A stretch of 64,000 nt of DNA. Source: an uncultured Candidatus Binatia bacterium (GTDB lineage: Bacteria > Desulfobacterota > Binatia > Bin18). The number at the start of each line of letters is the position of its first letter. Position 1 is the first letter of the stretch. A program made the position numbers and the translations under genes. The DNA is taken from assembly GCA_965214605.1 (NCBI GenBank), contig OZ243961.1, positions 2,176,001 through 2,240,000 of the forward strand, read 5' to 3'. A model generated the notes under the pieces. That model was given only the letters and a program-made list of their open reading frames with translations. It was not told the origin of the DNA and did no database searches. Positions 51,719-61,876 of the stretch are shown here, in pieces.

Positions 51719-51899
51719 GGGGAGTGCCAACAGGCACGTTGTCCTTATGCCTGGGGTATCCAATAATTGCTGAAACCACTGCATGACCTCGGGCACTTTC
51801 AGCGGTGTGGACTTTTTCAGCACTTTTCACCGGTTGCGCCGCCCGAGGTCGACGAGATACGCCTCACCCGCCGCCGTTCGTTTTGCGTTCGCTCCCGCC

Positions 51900-52215
51900 A
51901 TCACTCCCGCTCCCGGCGTGCTTCGCCCGACGCTGCGCGACGGCCCTGTTCCGCCGTGCCCGGGCAAGGGCGTCGCTCGTCTGCAGCCGCATCCCGTGCT
52001 CGGCCGTGCCCCAGCCGATAGCCTCCAGCGCCATGTTCGCCGACACCCCGGCCGTGCCGTTCAGTAGGCGCGACAGCGTGCCCCCCTCGCAGCCGAGACG
52101 CGCCGACGTCTCGGTGACGTTCCAGCCCACCTCGTCCCTGCTCTCGCGGATCAGTGCGCCCAGGCGCGGCGGGTTCACCATCAGGCTGCCGCGATCGTTT
52201 GCCCTCTCGTTCATG
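51900..52215 (-). pseudogene. Degenerate HigA-like HTH antitoxin
   Basis: NPPRLGALIRES...GTLSRLLNGTAGVSANMALE..GWGTAEH.MRLQ. Confidence 0.65.
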
Positions 52216-52309
52216 GTCAGCGCTCCCTTTCCACGGCTTCGCCGTCCTCGAAGCGGAACACCACGCATCCGTTGTCGGAGCCGCGGCCCCCGCCCCGCTG
52301 GCAGCCCCG

Positions 52310-52530
52310 CGGCGGCGGTGAGGTCTTCGCCGGGGGCGGCGGACAGGGAGACGTGCAGGACGGCGTTGCCCAAGTTGGGCCGGAGCTGGCGGATGGGCCC
52401 GAACGCGGAGGCCAGCTCGAGGGCGGTCTCCCCGGTCCTGTTGGTGTCGCGCAGGGTGCCTTTGTCCGGGGCGAGGTCGTAGGTGAGCGCCCCCCGGAAG
52501 CCGCGCCCTTTGACGAGTGTGGCGATCATG
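52310..52530 (-). pseudogene. Truncated MOBP relaxase
   Basis: MIATLVKGRGFRGALTY...RPNLGNAVLHVSLSAAPGEDLT, truncated before the HUH motif. Confidence 0.8.
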
Positions 52531-52875
52531 GGGGGCCTTGCTCTTTGCGCCGAGAAGGGACGGGCGCAGCTGGGCGGACTTCGGGGGTGAGGAATTGCAA
52601 GAGACCGGCGGCAATGACACCGGGCGGCCCCGAGTTGGCGAGGCGGATGAGCTGGGTTGAGGTTGGCGGCCAGGCGGCCGAGCGCCGCGTATTGCTCGCG
52701 GGTGACGGCCGGCACGGGCGACGAGGGTAGGCGGCGGGTGAGGGCGGCCTCGCGTAGCCACTGGGCAGGGGTCATACCCATGTGGGCGGCTTTGGTGTGC
52801 CGCGCGGCGTATTCCGCGGCGAGGACACGGACGCCGATGGTGGCGCCGGCGATGGGGGGGAGCGGTGTCAGCCAT
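52530..52875 (-). pseudogene. Degenerate MobC relaxosome protein
   Basis: TIGVRV..AEY...GMTPAQWLREAAL...LGRLAANLN. Confidence 0.75.
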
Positions 52876-52899
52876 AAGCGAACCTCCAACGGCGGCGCA

Positions 52900-52975
52900 G
52901 AAGCGGGTGGCCAGGGCCATCCCGCAGGGGGCGTAGCCCTGACCACGCAGTTTGAGCAAAGCGAAAACGAGGGAT
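52900..52975. other. Putative oriT
   Basis: GGCCAGGGCCATCCCGCAGGGGGCGTAGCCC just upstream of mobC; CATCCCGC resembles the RP4-type nic consensus YATCCTGY. Confidence 0.5.
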
Positions 52976-53116
52976 TTCGACGTCTGTCGAACGGTCGGCT
53001 TCATTGTCCTGTTGCCATTATCGACCGCTCACAACCCAGCCTCTCAATACTTCATCTTGCTTTCTCCACCTCTCTCACGATAGGTATAGACAAATATCCT
53101 AAAGGAGGACGCTGTC

Positions 53117-53986
53117 GTGCAGGAGTTTGATTTCGCTGTCCCAGACACCTTGCAGCAGGCGGTTGAGCTGCTGAGCCGCGCCAATGGCGAGGCACGAGTC
53201 TTGGCCGGAGGGACCGACCTGATCCCCCAGATCAAAGAAAACCGATGCCGCCCGAATCTGGTTGTGGACATCAAAAAGATTCCGGAACTCAATGTGCTAT
53301 CCTCCGATGCCGACGGACTCCGCATCGGAGCCGCGGTGTCGTGTAGCGCCATTGCAAACTTTGCTGCGGTCAAGGAACACTATCCGGCGTTGGCCGAGGC
53401 TTGCGCCCTGATCGGCTCATATCAGATTCAGAACCGAGCTGCCCTGGGCGGCAATATCTGTAACGCCGCACCATCGGCCGACGCAGTGCCGCCGGTCCTG
53501 TCGTACGGAGGTAGCCTGGTAATTGCCGGTCCGAACGGACAACGAAAGCTCGCCGCAGAAACATTTTTTACCGGTCCAGGGCAAACCGTCCTGACCAGCG
53601 GAGAAGTACTAGTTGAGATACAGCTGCCGCACCCGCCGACCAAATCGGGCGCAGCGTATCTGCGCTTTATCCCCCGTGAGGAAATGGACATTGCGGTGGC
53701 CGGAGTTGGTGCGTTTGTTCAACTCAGCGCCGATGGCCGGAGCTGCCAGCAGGCTCGAATTACGCTCGCCTCGGTAGCACCCACGCCGGTCCGGGCCCAC
53801 GAAGCCGAGGCTTTTATGGCTGGGAAGGCGTTGGACGCGCCCACCATCGCCGAGGCCGGCGAGCTGGCGGCAAAATCGGCGCGTCCTATCTCGGACGTGC
53901 GTGGTTCGGCCGCCTATCGGCTTGAACTGGTCAAGGTCCTCACCTGCCGGACCTTGCAGACAGCGCTGGAAAGAGCCAGCAAATAG
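53117..53986 (+). CDS. Xanthine dehydrogenase family FAD-binding subunit
   Basis: LAGGTDL, IGSYQIQNRAALGGNICNAAPSAD, PISDVRGSAAYR. Confidence 0.93.
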   Translation: MQEFDFAVPDTLQQAVELLSRANGEARVLAGGTDLIPQIKENRCRPNLVVDIKKIPELNVLSSDADGLRIGAAVSCSAIANFAAVKEHYPALAEACALIGSYQIQNRAALGGNICNAAPSADAVPPVLSYGGSLVIAGPNGQRKLAAETFFTGPGQTVLTSGEVLVEIQLPHPPTKSGAAYLRFIPREEMDIAVAGVGAFVQLSADGRSCQQARITLASVAPTPVRAHEAEAFMAGKALDAPTIAEAGELAAKSARPISDVRGSAAYRLELVKVLTCRTLQTALERASK

Positions 53987-53999
53987 GGAGGAGAGGCGA

Positions 54000-54476
54000 A
54001 TGAAACGGGCGATAGAGCTCACCGTCAACGGAGACCCCCACACCGCAATCATTGATTCACGCGAGACTTTGCTCGATAGCCTGCGCTATAAACTAGACTT
54101 CATGGGGCCCAAAGAGGGCTGCGGAAACGGGAACTGCGGAGCCTGCACCGTCGAACTGAACGACCAGCTGGTTAATTCCTGCCTAGTATTGGCCCTGGAG
54201 GCGGAAGGGGCCGAGGTGCGGACGGTCGAAGGTGTGGCCGACGGAGACCGGCTGCACCCTGTCCAGCAAGCATTTGTCGACAACACCGGTCTGCAATGTG
54301 GTTTTTGCACGCCGGGTTTCATTATGTCGGCAAAATCCCTCTTAGAGCGCAACCCCAATCCCAGTGAAGCCGAAATTCGCCTGGCGATTTCGGGCAACCT
54401 GTGCCGCTGTACCGGTTATGACAAGATCGTCAAGGCTATCCAAGCCGCGTCCCAGGCTCTTTCACGGGCCGCCTAA
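54000..54476 (+). CDS. Xanthine dehydrogenase family [2Fe-2S] subunit
   Basis: GCGNGNCGACTV, QCGFCTPG, GNLCRCTGY. Confidence 0.93.
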   Translation: MKRAIELTVNGDPHTAIIDSRETLLDSLRYKLDFMGPKEGCGNGNCGACTVELNDQLVNSCLVLALEAEGAEVRTVEGVADGDRLHPVQQAFVDNTGLQCGFCTPGFIMSAKSLLERNPNPSEAEIRLAISGNLCRCTGYDKIVKAIQAASQALSRAA

Positions 54477-54493
54477 GATCAAGGAGAATTTTT

Positions 54494-56779
54494 ATGGCGG
54501 AGCATACTATTATTGGTAGACGTTTAGCAAAGGTTGATGGCCCGGAACGGGTGACCGGCAAGGCCGCCTTTGGCGCCGATCTGAGCCTGCCCAACATGCT
54601 GTGGGCCAAGCTGGTCCGCAGCCCCTATAGCCATGCCCGGATTAAAAAGATTGATCCCAGCAAAGCCCTGGCCCTGCCCGGAGTGAAGGCTGTTATCTGC
54701 GCCGACGACCTCCCACCCCTGGCCAAAGGCACGACCGCACCGCTAGTCGGCGAGGTGAGTATCGACATGAGTGCCATTCGCGAGCTGGTCATGGCCTCGG
54801 ACAAGGCGCGCTATCACGGACAAGCCGTGGCCGCGGTGGCCGCGACCGATCCGTTTACAGCCGAGGAAGCGGCAGAGTTGGTCGAGGTTGAGTACGAGGA
54901 ACTACCGGTGGTCGGCGGGATACTGCAGGCCATGGAGCCCGACGCACCACTGGTGCATGAAGACTTGTACACCACCGAAGAGGCGACCCAGGAGAAGTCG
55001 GCCCAGCCGAGCAATATCGCCACCCATATGGTGTACAGCCACGGCGATCCGGAAGCCGGTTTTAAGGAAGCCGATGTTGTCCTAGAGAAGACTTATACCA
55101 CACAAATGGTCCATCAAGGGTATATGGAACCCCAGGCCTGTGCGGCTCGGGTCGAACCGGACGGCAGGCTGACCGTCTGGACCTCGGCTCAGGGGCATTT
55201 TACTGTTCGCAATCAGCTCATCGCCCTGCTGAATCTACCAGCCAGCCGTCTGAACGTCATTCCAATGGAAATCGGCGGCGGCTTTGGCGGCAAAGCCCTG
55301 GCCCTCTTTGAACCGACAGTGGCAACTCTGGCCCAAAAAACCGGTCGGCCGGTCAAACTCGTTATCTCGCGGGAAGAAGTGCTGCGCGCGACCGGGCCGG
55401 GTTCGCCGGCGGTGATTACTGTCAAAGCCGGGGCTAAAAAGGACGGCACCTTGACGGCCGCCTCAGCCATCATGCGCTACGACGCCGGAGCGTTTCCCGG
55501 CTCGCCGGTTTCGCGCGGGCTGCTGGTTGGCCTCGCACCGTATAAACTGGCCAATCTCCATGCCGAAGGCTATGACGTGGTCACCAACAAACCCCGGGTG
55601 GCCGCCTACCGGGCGCCGGGCGGCACGCCGTCCGGGTTTGCCGTGGATTCCCTGATGGATGAGCTAGCCGAAGCCCTTGATATCGACCCGCTGGAGTTCC
55701 GCCGTCGCAACGCGGCCGAGGAGGGCGATATCTTGCCGCTGGGCATGCCGCTCAACCGTATCGGCCTGAGCCAGATGCTCGACCAGATCAAAACTCACCC
55801 GTGCTGGACAGACCCTCTGGAAGGTCCCAACCGGGGCCGAGGTTTGGCCCTAGGCTATTGGATCGGAGGGTCTTTCACGTCGAGTGCAGAAATCAAGATC
55901 AATCCCGACGCAACGGTGGCGATCTTCGTCGGGACCGTCGATCTGACAGGGACGCGGACGACGATTAGCCAAATGGTAGCCGATGAATTCCAGCTCGATC
56001 CCGGCCAGGTCACTATCAAAGTCGGTGATACCGATAGCGCGCCCTACGCCGACCTCAGCGGCGGCAGCCGGATTACGTATACGATGAGCGCGGCCATCCA
56101 TCAGGCCTGTCAGGATGTCCTCAGCCAGTGCAAAGCCCGGGCGGCCGAAAAGCTCAAGGTTCCGCCCGACGAGATTGAGTACGCCAATAAAAAGCTGTGG
56201 GCCAAGAGCAACCCCCAGCGGGTGGTGACACTCAAAGAGATTGCCCGCGAGAGTGTCGCCTGGGGGAGTGGACCCATCATCGGCAAGGGCAGCACCACTC
56301 GCATGCAACCGGCCCACGCCTACGCGGCCCACGTTGCCGATGTAGAAGTCGATCCAGATACAGGCAAGGTCCAGATCCTACGCTACACCTGTTTTCAAGA
56401 TGTTGGTAAGGCGATTAATCCGGCCCAGGTCGAGGGTCAGATCCAGGGCGGAGCGGTGCAGGGCATCGGTTGGGCTCTGAACGAGGAGTATATTTTTGAC
56501 AACGGGGTACTGGCCAACGCCAGCCTGCTTGACTATCGCTGCCCGGTTGCGCTTGACTTGCCGATGATCGAGGTCTCGCTGACCGAGGTCCCGGCCTCGG
56601 AGGGCCCGTACGGGCTGCGTGGAGTGGGCGAGGTGCCAATTGTGCCGCCAGCGGCCGCTCTGGCCAATGCCATCTATCGGGCGACCGGCGTGCGTTTACA
56701 GGAACTCCCAATGAACCCGGAGCGCATATTCTGGGCGCTGCACCAGAAAGACGATCAGCCGCTGGCCGCCGCAGATTGA
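54494..56779 (+). CDS. Xanthine dehydrogenase/aldehyde oxidoreductase family Mo-binding subunit
   Basis: IGGGFGGK, AYRAPG, GGSR, EGQIQGG, GVGEVP. Confidence 0.93.
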   Translation: MAEHTIIGRRLAKVDGPERVTGKAAFGADLSLPNMLWAKLVRSPYSHARIKKIDPSKALALPGVKAVICADDLPPLAKGTTAPLVGEVSIDMSAIRELVMASDKARYHGQAVAAVAATDPFTAEEAAELVEVEYEELPVVGGILQAMEPDAPLVHEDLYTTEEATQEKSAQPSNIATHMVYSHGDPEAGFKEADVVLEKTYTTQMVHQGYMEPQACAARVEPDGRLTVWTSAQGHFTVRNQLIALLNLPASRLNVIPMEIGGGFGGKALALFEPTVATLAQKTGRPVKLVISREEVLRATGPGSPAVITVKAGAKKDGTLTAASAIMRYDAGAFPGSPVSRGLLVGLAPYKLANLHAEGYDVVTNKPRVAAYRAPGGTPSGFAVDSLMDELAEALDIDPLEFRRRNAAEEGDILPLGMPLNRIGLSQMLDQIKTHPCWTDPLEGPNRGRGLALGYWIGGSFTSSAEIKINPDATVAIFVGTVDLTGTRTTISQMVADEFQLDPGQVTIKVGDTDSAPYADLSGGSRITYTMSAAIHQACQDVLSQCKARAAEKLKVPPDEIEYANKKLWAKSNPQRVVTLKEIARESVAWGSGPIIGKGSTTRMQPAHAYAAHVADVEVDPDTGKVQILRYTCFQDVGKAINPAQVEGQIQGGAVQGIGWALNEEYIFDNGVLANASLLDYRCPVALDLPMIEVSLTEVPASEGPYGLRGVGEVPIVPPAAALANAIYRATGVRLQELPMNPERIFWALHQKDDQPLAAAD

Positions 56780-57976
56780 GGAGAGGGAGAACAGACGCAG
56801 CACTGGGCTATTCCGGCGGAGAGCTACACTCAACGTGGCGATATGATTCGGTAACACAGACGGTCTGGGCTAATAAATTTTTGACCTGGGGGAAAGCCCC
56901 ACAACCTCCCGTGCTCCACTCCTGTAAAGCGTAATCAGGGGAACAGTGCGGGGGATCAGGGGGTTTGCGCCAGGCGGAAGCCAAGATGTTATTGCGAGAG
57001 CTAAGTCGACACCGTGAGCCGCAGAGCGGCAATCACGGGTGTGGATCGCCACGGCGACTCGCCACGCCGCGACTGACGCGGCGGTGCCCGAAGAATGCCC
57101 TCTGAGGGGCCGCCAGCCGGTGGGACGGATAGTCGGCAGTCCGCCCCACCCCCTCCCACACCCCATCCATGCGGACGCCTGCTCCCCACGGGAGAGGTTG
57201 TATTATCGGAGTTGCCCCTGTGCCGGCATCGAATACTCTCGGCCAACTCCTCAGCTCCGCCGCCACTGTCGCGGCACCGTCCTGATGACTGACGAACAAT
57301 CCGTCCGCAGCGCCTATCGGGGGCTTGAGTGCCGCCGGCTCCCGCAGCGCGCCTGCCCATCACGACTCGCCAGGCGAGCGTCTCCAGGCACCCCCTGCGC
57401 TTCCACCACATACGCTCTGCTCAAATACTTCTTTAGATGGGTCTCCTCCTCCCGCCCGCGTCCTCGCAACCACGCCAAAAGACATCTTCGTAATCTCCTA
57501 CGCCGTCCAGTTCCGGGCAACAGTCGTGAGCACCGGCATGATCAGAAGGCCGGTCCCCACACTCGCAGGAGAACGCAGGACTTTACTTGTTTCCCCATCG
57601 TTTTCCATATTTCCGCAGCCGGAAATCAAGGGTAGAAAAGAGGCAGCCCTTGTGGATTCCCATCCGATTCTCCACACCCTCCGGAGAGAGGGAGGAGCAA
57701 GGAGGGTACAGCCCGCATTGGGTTAAAGGATGAGCAGAGCCAAAACACACCAGACCTGGGAACACGGACCGGAAGGTCAAGCAACGGCTTTAGCAATCAA
57801 GACCAAGGCGATCCGCCCTGGTCGGAGGGATTTTTGGAGCCGTTCATCCGCCGCCTAGAGATGCGTCTTCATGCTCCCGATCCACCTGTTCGGGCTCAGT
57901 CAGTCCATCTGGGTTGGCCTTTTTATGTGTTTCTGCTTATCTAGGCTGAACGACTTTTGCAAACGAGGATGAACAT

Positions 57977-59269
57977 ATGCCATCAGACACATCGGCCCCG
58001 AGCTGGTCGCCAAGCATGCTTGAAGACCTGGCTCAAAAAGTGGGCACGCCCTTTCTCATATATCAAGCTGATATCATTCGCAAAAAGATCGCCGCTATTA
58101 AGGATATGACTGCAACCCCAGGCCTACAGGCCCGCTTTGCTATGAAGGCGTGTTCCGGCCACCAGGTTTTGCACACCATGCGGCAGAACGGAATCTGGAT
58201 TGACGCGGTCTCGGGCAATGAGGTTTTGCGGGCGATGAAAGCTGGTTTTCCGTCCGGCCAGAATCCGCCGACGATTTTATATACCTCGGATGTGTTCCGC
58301 GACAACGCGCTTGAGGTCATTCTGGCTGAGAATATTCTCCCCAACGTCGGCAGCCCGTATATGATTGAGGCCTTGGCCCGGACCGGCTATCAAGGTGCGA
58401 TTGGACTGCGCCTGAACCCCGGTTTCGGTCACGGCCATGTCAAAGAGTGCGATACCGGCGGACCCAGCTCAAAACATGGGCTCTGGTACGAAGATATTGA
58501 CGATATCAAAAATGACGTTGAGGCTGCCGGCTTCACGGTCAGCCTACTGCACGCCCATATCGGAACCGGCCCTGAGGTTTCCGAGTTTGAAGCCAACATG
58601 CGTCGCCTGGTCGATTTTTTTATCGAACGCCTGCCACTCTTTCCCCAAGTCGAGGCGATCAACTTCGGGGGTGGTATTCCCCACCCCTATAAGCCTAGAG
58701 CGGCTAGCATCGACCTGGCAGCCTGTGGGGTGGTGTTCCGCCACGCTCAGCGGGCGTTTCAGGAGGCGGCCGGACGTGACATTCGGGTCGAGATTGAGCC
58801 GGGTCGTTTTTTGGTTGCTGACGGGGCGTCGCTGATCACCCGAGTCCACGGCCTCAAATCGACTCGGCCGAACGAAAAAGGCCCGGGCCAAAAATTTGTG
58901 ATGGTCGACGCTGGGTTCTGCGACCTGATCCGTCCGGCCATGTACGGCTCCTACCACCATATCGAAGTTATCGGTAAAACTGGCCAACCCGAGGAAGAGC
59001 TGGTCGTCGCCGGCCCGATGTGTGAGTCGGGCGACGTGTTTACCCGTGATGCCGACGAAATGCTTGACCCCCGCCTCCTGCCGACCCCGGAGGTCGATGA
59101 CCTGATTGCCATCCACGATGCTGGAGCTTACGGCGAGACCATGAGCTCCAACTACAATTCGCTCGGTCGCGTGCCCCAGGTGTGGTGCGACGACAGCGGA
59201 GCTTACCTGGTGTCTCGCCGTCAGACGCTGGACGACATTATTCGGACCGAGTGTTTTGAGGAGTTGTGA
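57977..59269 (+). CDS. lysA: Diaminopimelate decarboxylase
   Basis: RFAMKA (PLP Lys), DAVSGNE, HAHIG, NFGGG, EPGRFLV, GPMCESGD, GAYG..MSSNYN. Confidence 0.92.
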   Translation: MPSDTSAPSWSPSMLEDLAQKVGTPFLIYQADIIRKKIAAIKDMTATPGLQARFAMKACSGHQVLHTMRQNGIWIDAVSGNEVLRAMKAGFPSGQNPPTILYTSDVFRDNALEVILAENILPNVGSPYMIEALARTGYQGAIGLRLNPGFGHGHVKECDTGGPSSKHGLWYEDIDDIKNDVEAAGFTVSLLHAHIGTGPEVSEFEANMRRLVDFFIERLPLFPQVEAINFGGGIPHPYKPRAASIDLAACGVVFRHAQRAFQEAAGRDIRVEIEPGRFLVADGASLITRVHGLKSTRPNEKGPGQKFVMVDAGFCDLIRPAMYGSYHHIEVIGKTGQPEEELVVAGPMCESGDVFTRDADEMLDPRLLPTPEVDDLIAIHDAGAYGETMSSNYNSLGRVPQVWCDDSGAYLVSRRQTLDDIIRTECFEEL

Positions 59270-60062
59270 CCCATACTCGAGAGAGGGAAGCGTGCCTATC
59301 TGCGGTAGCGTGTCTGTCACGGTCGTCTGCCTTTGCCTACTCTGCTGCGACTTGAGTATGGCCTCTGACGCCCCCCAAACCGCCTTTTTCCGGGCCAACA
59401 CGCTCTACAGCCAGGGCCAATACACCCATGCCGCCCAAGCCTATGAACAACTCCTGACTACGGGCCAGCACAGCGGGAATCTGTATTTTAATCTGGGCAA
59501 CGCCTATTTCAAAAATGACCACATTGGCAAAGCGATTCTGAACTATGAACGCGCCCGGCGTATCGCGCCCGGCGACACCGATATTGAGGCCAACCTGGTG
59601 TATGCTCGCTCTGTCGCCGGCACAGAGGACTGTCCCCCCAGACTGTGGCACAGGCTGGTCTTTCCCCTCACCCACCGTTTCTCTACCGACGCCCTGGTAT
59701 GGATAACGAGCGCGGCGTACAGCCTTTGTCTCTTCGCTTTTACCGTGTACCGCCTGTGGCCCCGCCATCCCCGCTGGCTGGTGTCCGTGGCGCTGCTATG
59801 CACCGGGCTGTTTGTAATCATCGGGATGTCCTTGGTGCGCCAAATCTTCGTGAACGACTGGCAGCGTCCGGCGGTCGTCCTGGCCGATGGACAGACGCCG
59901 GTCCGATTTGAACCGGCCGAAACCGGGACGGAGCACTTTGTCCTCAAACAGGGCGCGCTGGTCCGCCTGCTCGAAAGCCGCCCGGGCTGGCATCAGATTG
60001 CCCGCTGCGACGGTCGTCGTGGTTGGGCAGCTGAACAGAGTGTGGAGAGCCTGTGGCAATAA
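59256..60062 (+). CDS. batE: BatE-like TPR + TM + SH3 protein
   Basis: ANTLY..GQY, LYFNLGNAYFK..HIGKAILNYERA...DIEANL; SH3 GWHQI..DGRRGW; start codon uncertain. Confidence 0.82.
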   Translation: MRSCDPYSREGSVPICGSVSVTVVCLCLLCCDLSMASDAPQTAFFRANTLYSQGQYTHAAQAYEQLLTTGQHSGNLYFNLGNAYFKNDHIGKAILNYERARRIAPGDTDIEANLVYARSVAGTEDCPPRLWHRLVFPLTHRFSTDALVWITSAAYSLCLFAFTVYRLWPRHPRWLVSVALLCTGLFVIIGMSLVRQIFVNDWQRPAVVLADGQTPVRFEPAETGTEHFVLKQGALVRLLESRPGWHQIARCDGRRGWAAEQSVESLWQ

Positions 60063-60654
60063 CGAATCGGGAAAATCGGCAATAGCCCTGTGGATGATGT
60101 GGCTTGACCCTTTCGCTTCTTGGAGAGAGAGCCCTCCATAATACTACCAACACGGAGGCACGCACCTACGCAACAAGCAAGCTGGACGCGGCCGCGATGC
60201 TGTCCGCATCCTAGGGACACAGACAACGCCCAGAACCTGGGGGGGGGGGGAGGTTCATAGGCACAGCCGCTCACGAGGGCGTGGAGTTGCTGCTGAAAGT
60301 CTATCTCAAAAGGGGCCTAGGCATAGCGCGGGAAGAGCCTGGGGACACGATCTTGGCAAGCTGTTCCAAGCAGGACCGTACCAAGGCCGAACTCCCCTAT
60401 CAACGCGTTGAGCAGCACCGTCCCGGACCTGGCAAACGGCTCGCAGTGATGGTGACGGGGGGCAACAGAGGCAGCGGCAAGTCCAGGTGAGCGAACTTCC
60501 CGGCATACTCACTAAAGACGATACGCCGTCTGCTGCATCCTCATATGGGCAATAAGATTTGATCGCGCCGATACAGCGCTGGCATCAAGCATAGGTAGGG
60601 GAAGGGGCCTGCCCCGAGGTGCTCTGTCCGGCCTTGGTCATGTTTTGCCCTCGC

Positions 60655-61857
60655 CTACCCCCAGGTCGCGTCATCGGCACTCATCGAGATGTCAAACGCT
60701 GTCTTGCCCAGCAGCTCAAGCGTGTCATCGGTGTCAACCGGGTGAAACAGGCCGGCCCGCACGTCACGGAAATAGCGTTCCAGGGGAAGCCGTTTGTAGT
60801 AGGAGATACCGCCGACCGCACGCATGGCTAGATCAACTACGCGGACTGAATTTTCAATAGCGATCATCCGGGCAGCCACGCTTTTTCGTCCCCACACACG
60901 GATGTCGTCGCGTTCGACCTCAGCCCCAGCTTTCCACATCGCCGCTCGCGCCCCCTCGATCAGGACGTCCATCTCACCGACTTTGTTATACACGCTAGGC
61001 AGATGACTCATTGGCTGCTTGTGCGGAAAACGCGACCGATCACGCATGAACTCTACCACAAAATTGCGTGCCGCTACCGCAATGCCGAGATATACCGCGC
61101 CCATGGAAAACGGGGCTTTGAGAAACAGACTCAGGATGCCGCCACGGGTAAAGACCGGCCGCTCCAGAAAAATCGCGTCATCCGGGATAAAGGCATTCTG
61201 GAGTTCGGTGCTGCGGGACTCAGTCGCCCGCATGCCCATCGTATTCCAGTCGTCTTTCATCAACAAGCCGGGAGTGTCGCGGGGAATCAAAAACGAGATA
61301 ATCTTCCCCTCTTTGGGATTGCTACTCGGCCCCCAGGTGGCTTCGGAAAAATAGCGATCAACGGCAATGCTCTGGGTGCTAAAAATCTTCTTACCGCTGA
61401 CCTTCCAACCTCCGGTCGTTGGCTCAGCCGTGGCCCTGGGGCGCAGCACGGTGACCGCATTATCGGCTTCTGAGCCTGAGCCACCGACAATCCAACGGTT
61501 CTCCGCGATCTGTCGCAGTAGGGCTTTGGCCCGCGTGTCTTTGGTTATGCGCCACGCATCGGTCACCACGCCGAGAATGTTGAAATGCATGTTGATCGCC
61601 AGAGCGGTTGGACCGCAGCCCTGGGCCAGGCGCTCCTGGGCTTTAATTCGTTCTAGCAAACTAGCCCCACCTCCCCCCAACTCGGTCGGGATAGTCATAA
61701 TCGAGTAGCCTGTCTTACGTAGCTCGACGTAGTTTTCGTACGGGAAAGAACGTTCTTCGTCGTGCTGGGCAGCGCGCTGCGCAAAATCATCGGCCATGCG
61801 GCCCGCCACATCAATCCAGTTCTGCTCATCCGCACTGTGATGTTGTTGCATGTCCAT
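60655..61857 (-). CDS. Acyl-CoA dehydrogenase-fold flavoprotein
   Basis: ELGGGG, ALAINMH, SGKKIFST, WNTMGMRATES, LERYFRDVRAG. Confidence 0.88.
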   Translation of the reverse strand: MDMQQHHSADEQNWIDVAGRMADDFAQRAAQHDEERSFPYENYVELRKTGYSIMTIPTELGGGGASLLERIKAQERLAQGCGPTALAINMHFNILGVVTDAWRITKDTRAKALLRQIAENRWIVGGSGSEADNAVTVLRPRATAEPTTGGWKVSGKKIFSTQSIAVDRYFSEATWGPSSNPKEGKIISFLIPRDTPGLLMKDDWNTMGMRATESRSTELQNAFIPDDAIFLERPVFTRGGILSLFLKAPFSMGAVYLGIAVAARNFVVEFMRDRSRFPHKQPMSHLPSVYNKVGEMDVLIEGARAAMWKAGAEVERDDIRVWGRKSVAARMIAIENSVRVVDLAMRAVGGISYYKRLPLERYFRDVRAGLFHPVDTDDTLELLGKTAFDISMSADDATWG

Positions 61858-61876
61858 AGTGTTCCCCTTTGTTTCC

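Noticed and set aside
51864-52946. 360-aa ORF as a MobC-relaxase-HigA fusion protein
   Set aside because: All three pieces are degenerate or truncated. It is a chance open frame in very GC-rich decayed DNA.
53117-56779. Aerobic CO dehydrogenase (coxMSL)
   Set aside because: The active-site loop is AYRAPG, not AYxCSFR (form I) or AYRGAGR (form II), and no cox accessory genes are adjacent.
57800-57970. Lysine riboswitch upstream of lysA
   Set aside because: Only a TAGAGATGCG resemblance. The conserved AAAGG/GCCGAA/ACTG elements and the required length are not evident.
60239-60250. G12 tract as a phase-variation switch
   Set aside because: Intergenic with no intact gene in a position to be controlled; may be a sequencing artefact.
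60281-60490. SDR gene (VTGGNRGSGK)
   Set aside because: The motif lies at the very end of a short ORF with no continuation; at most a tiny remnant.
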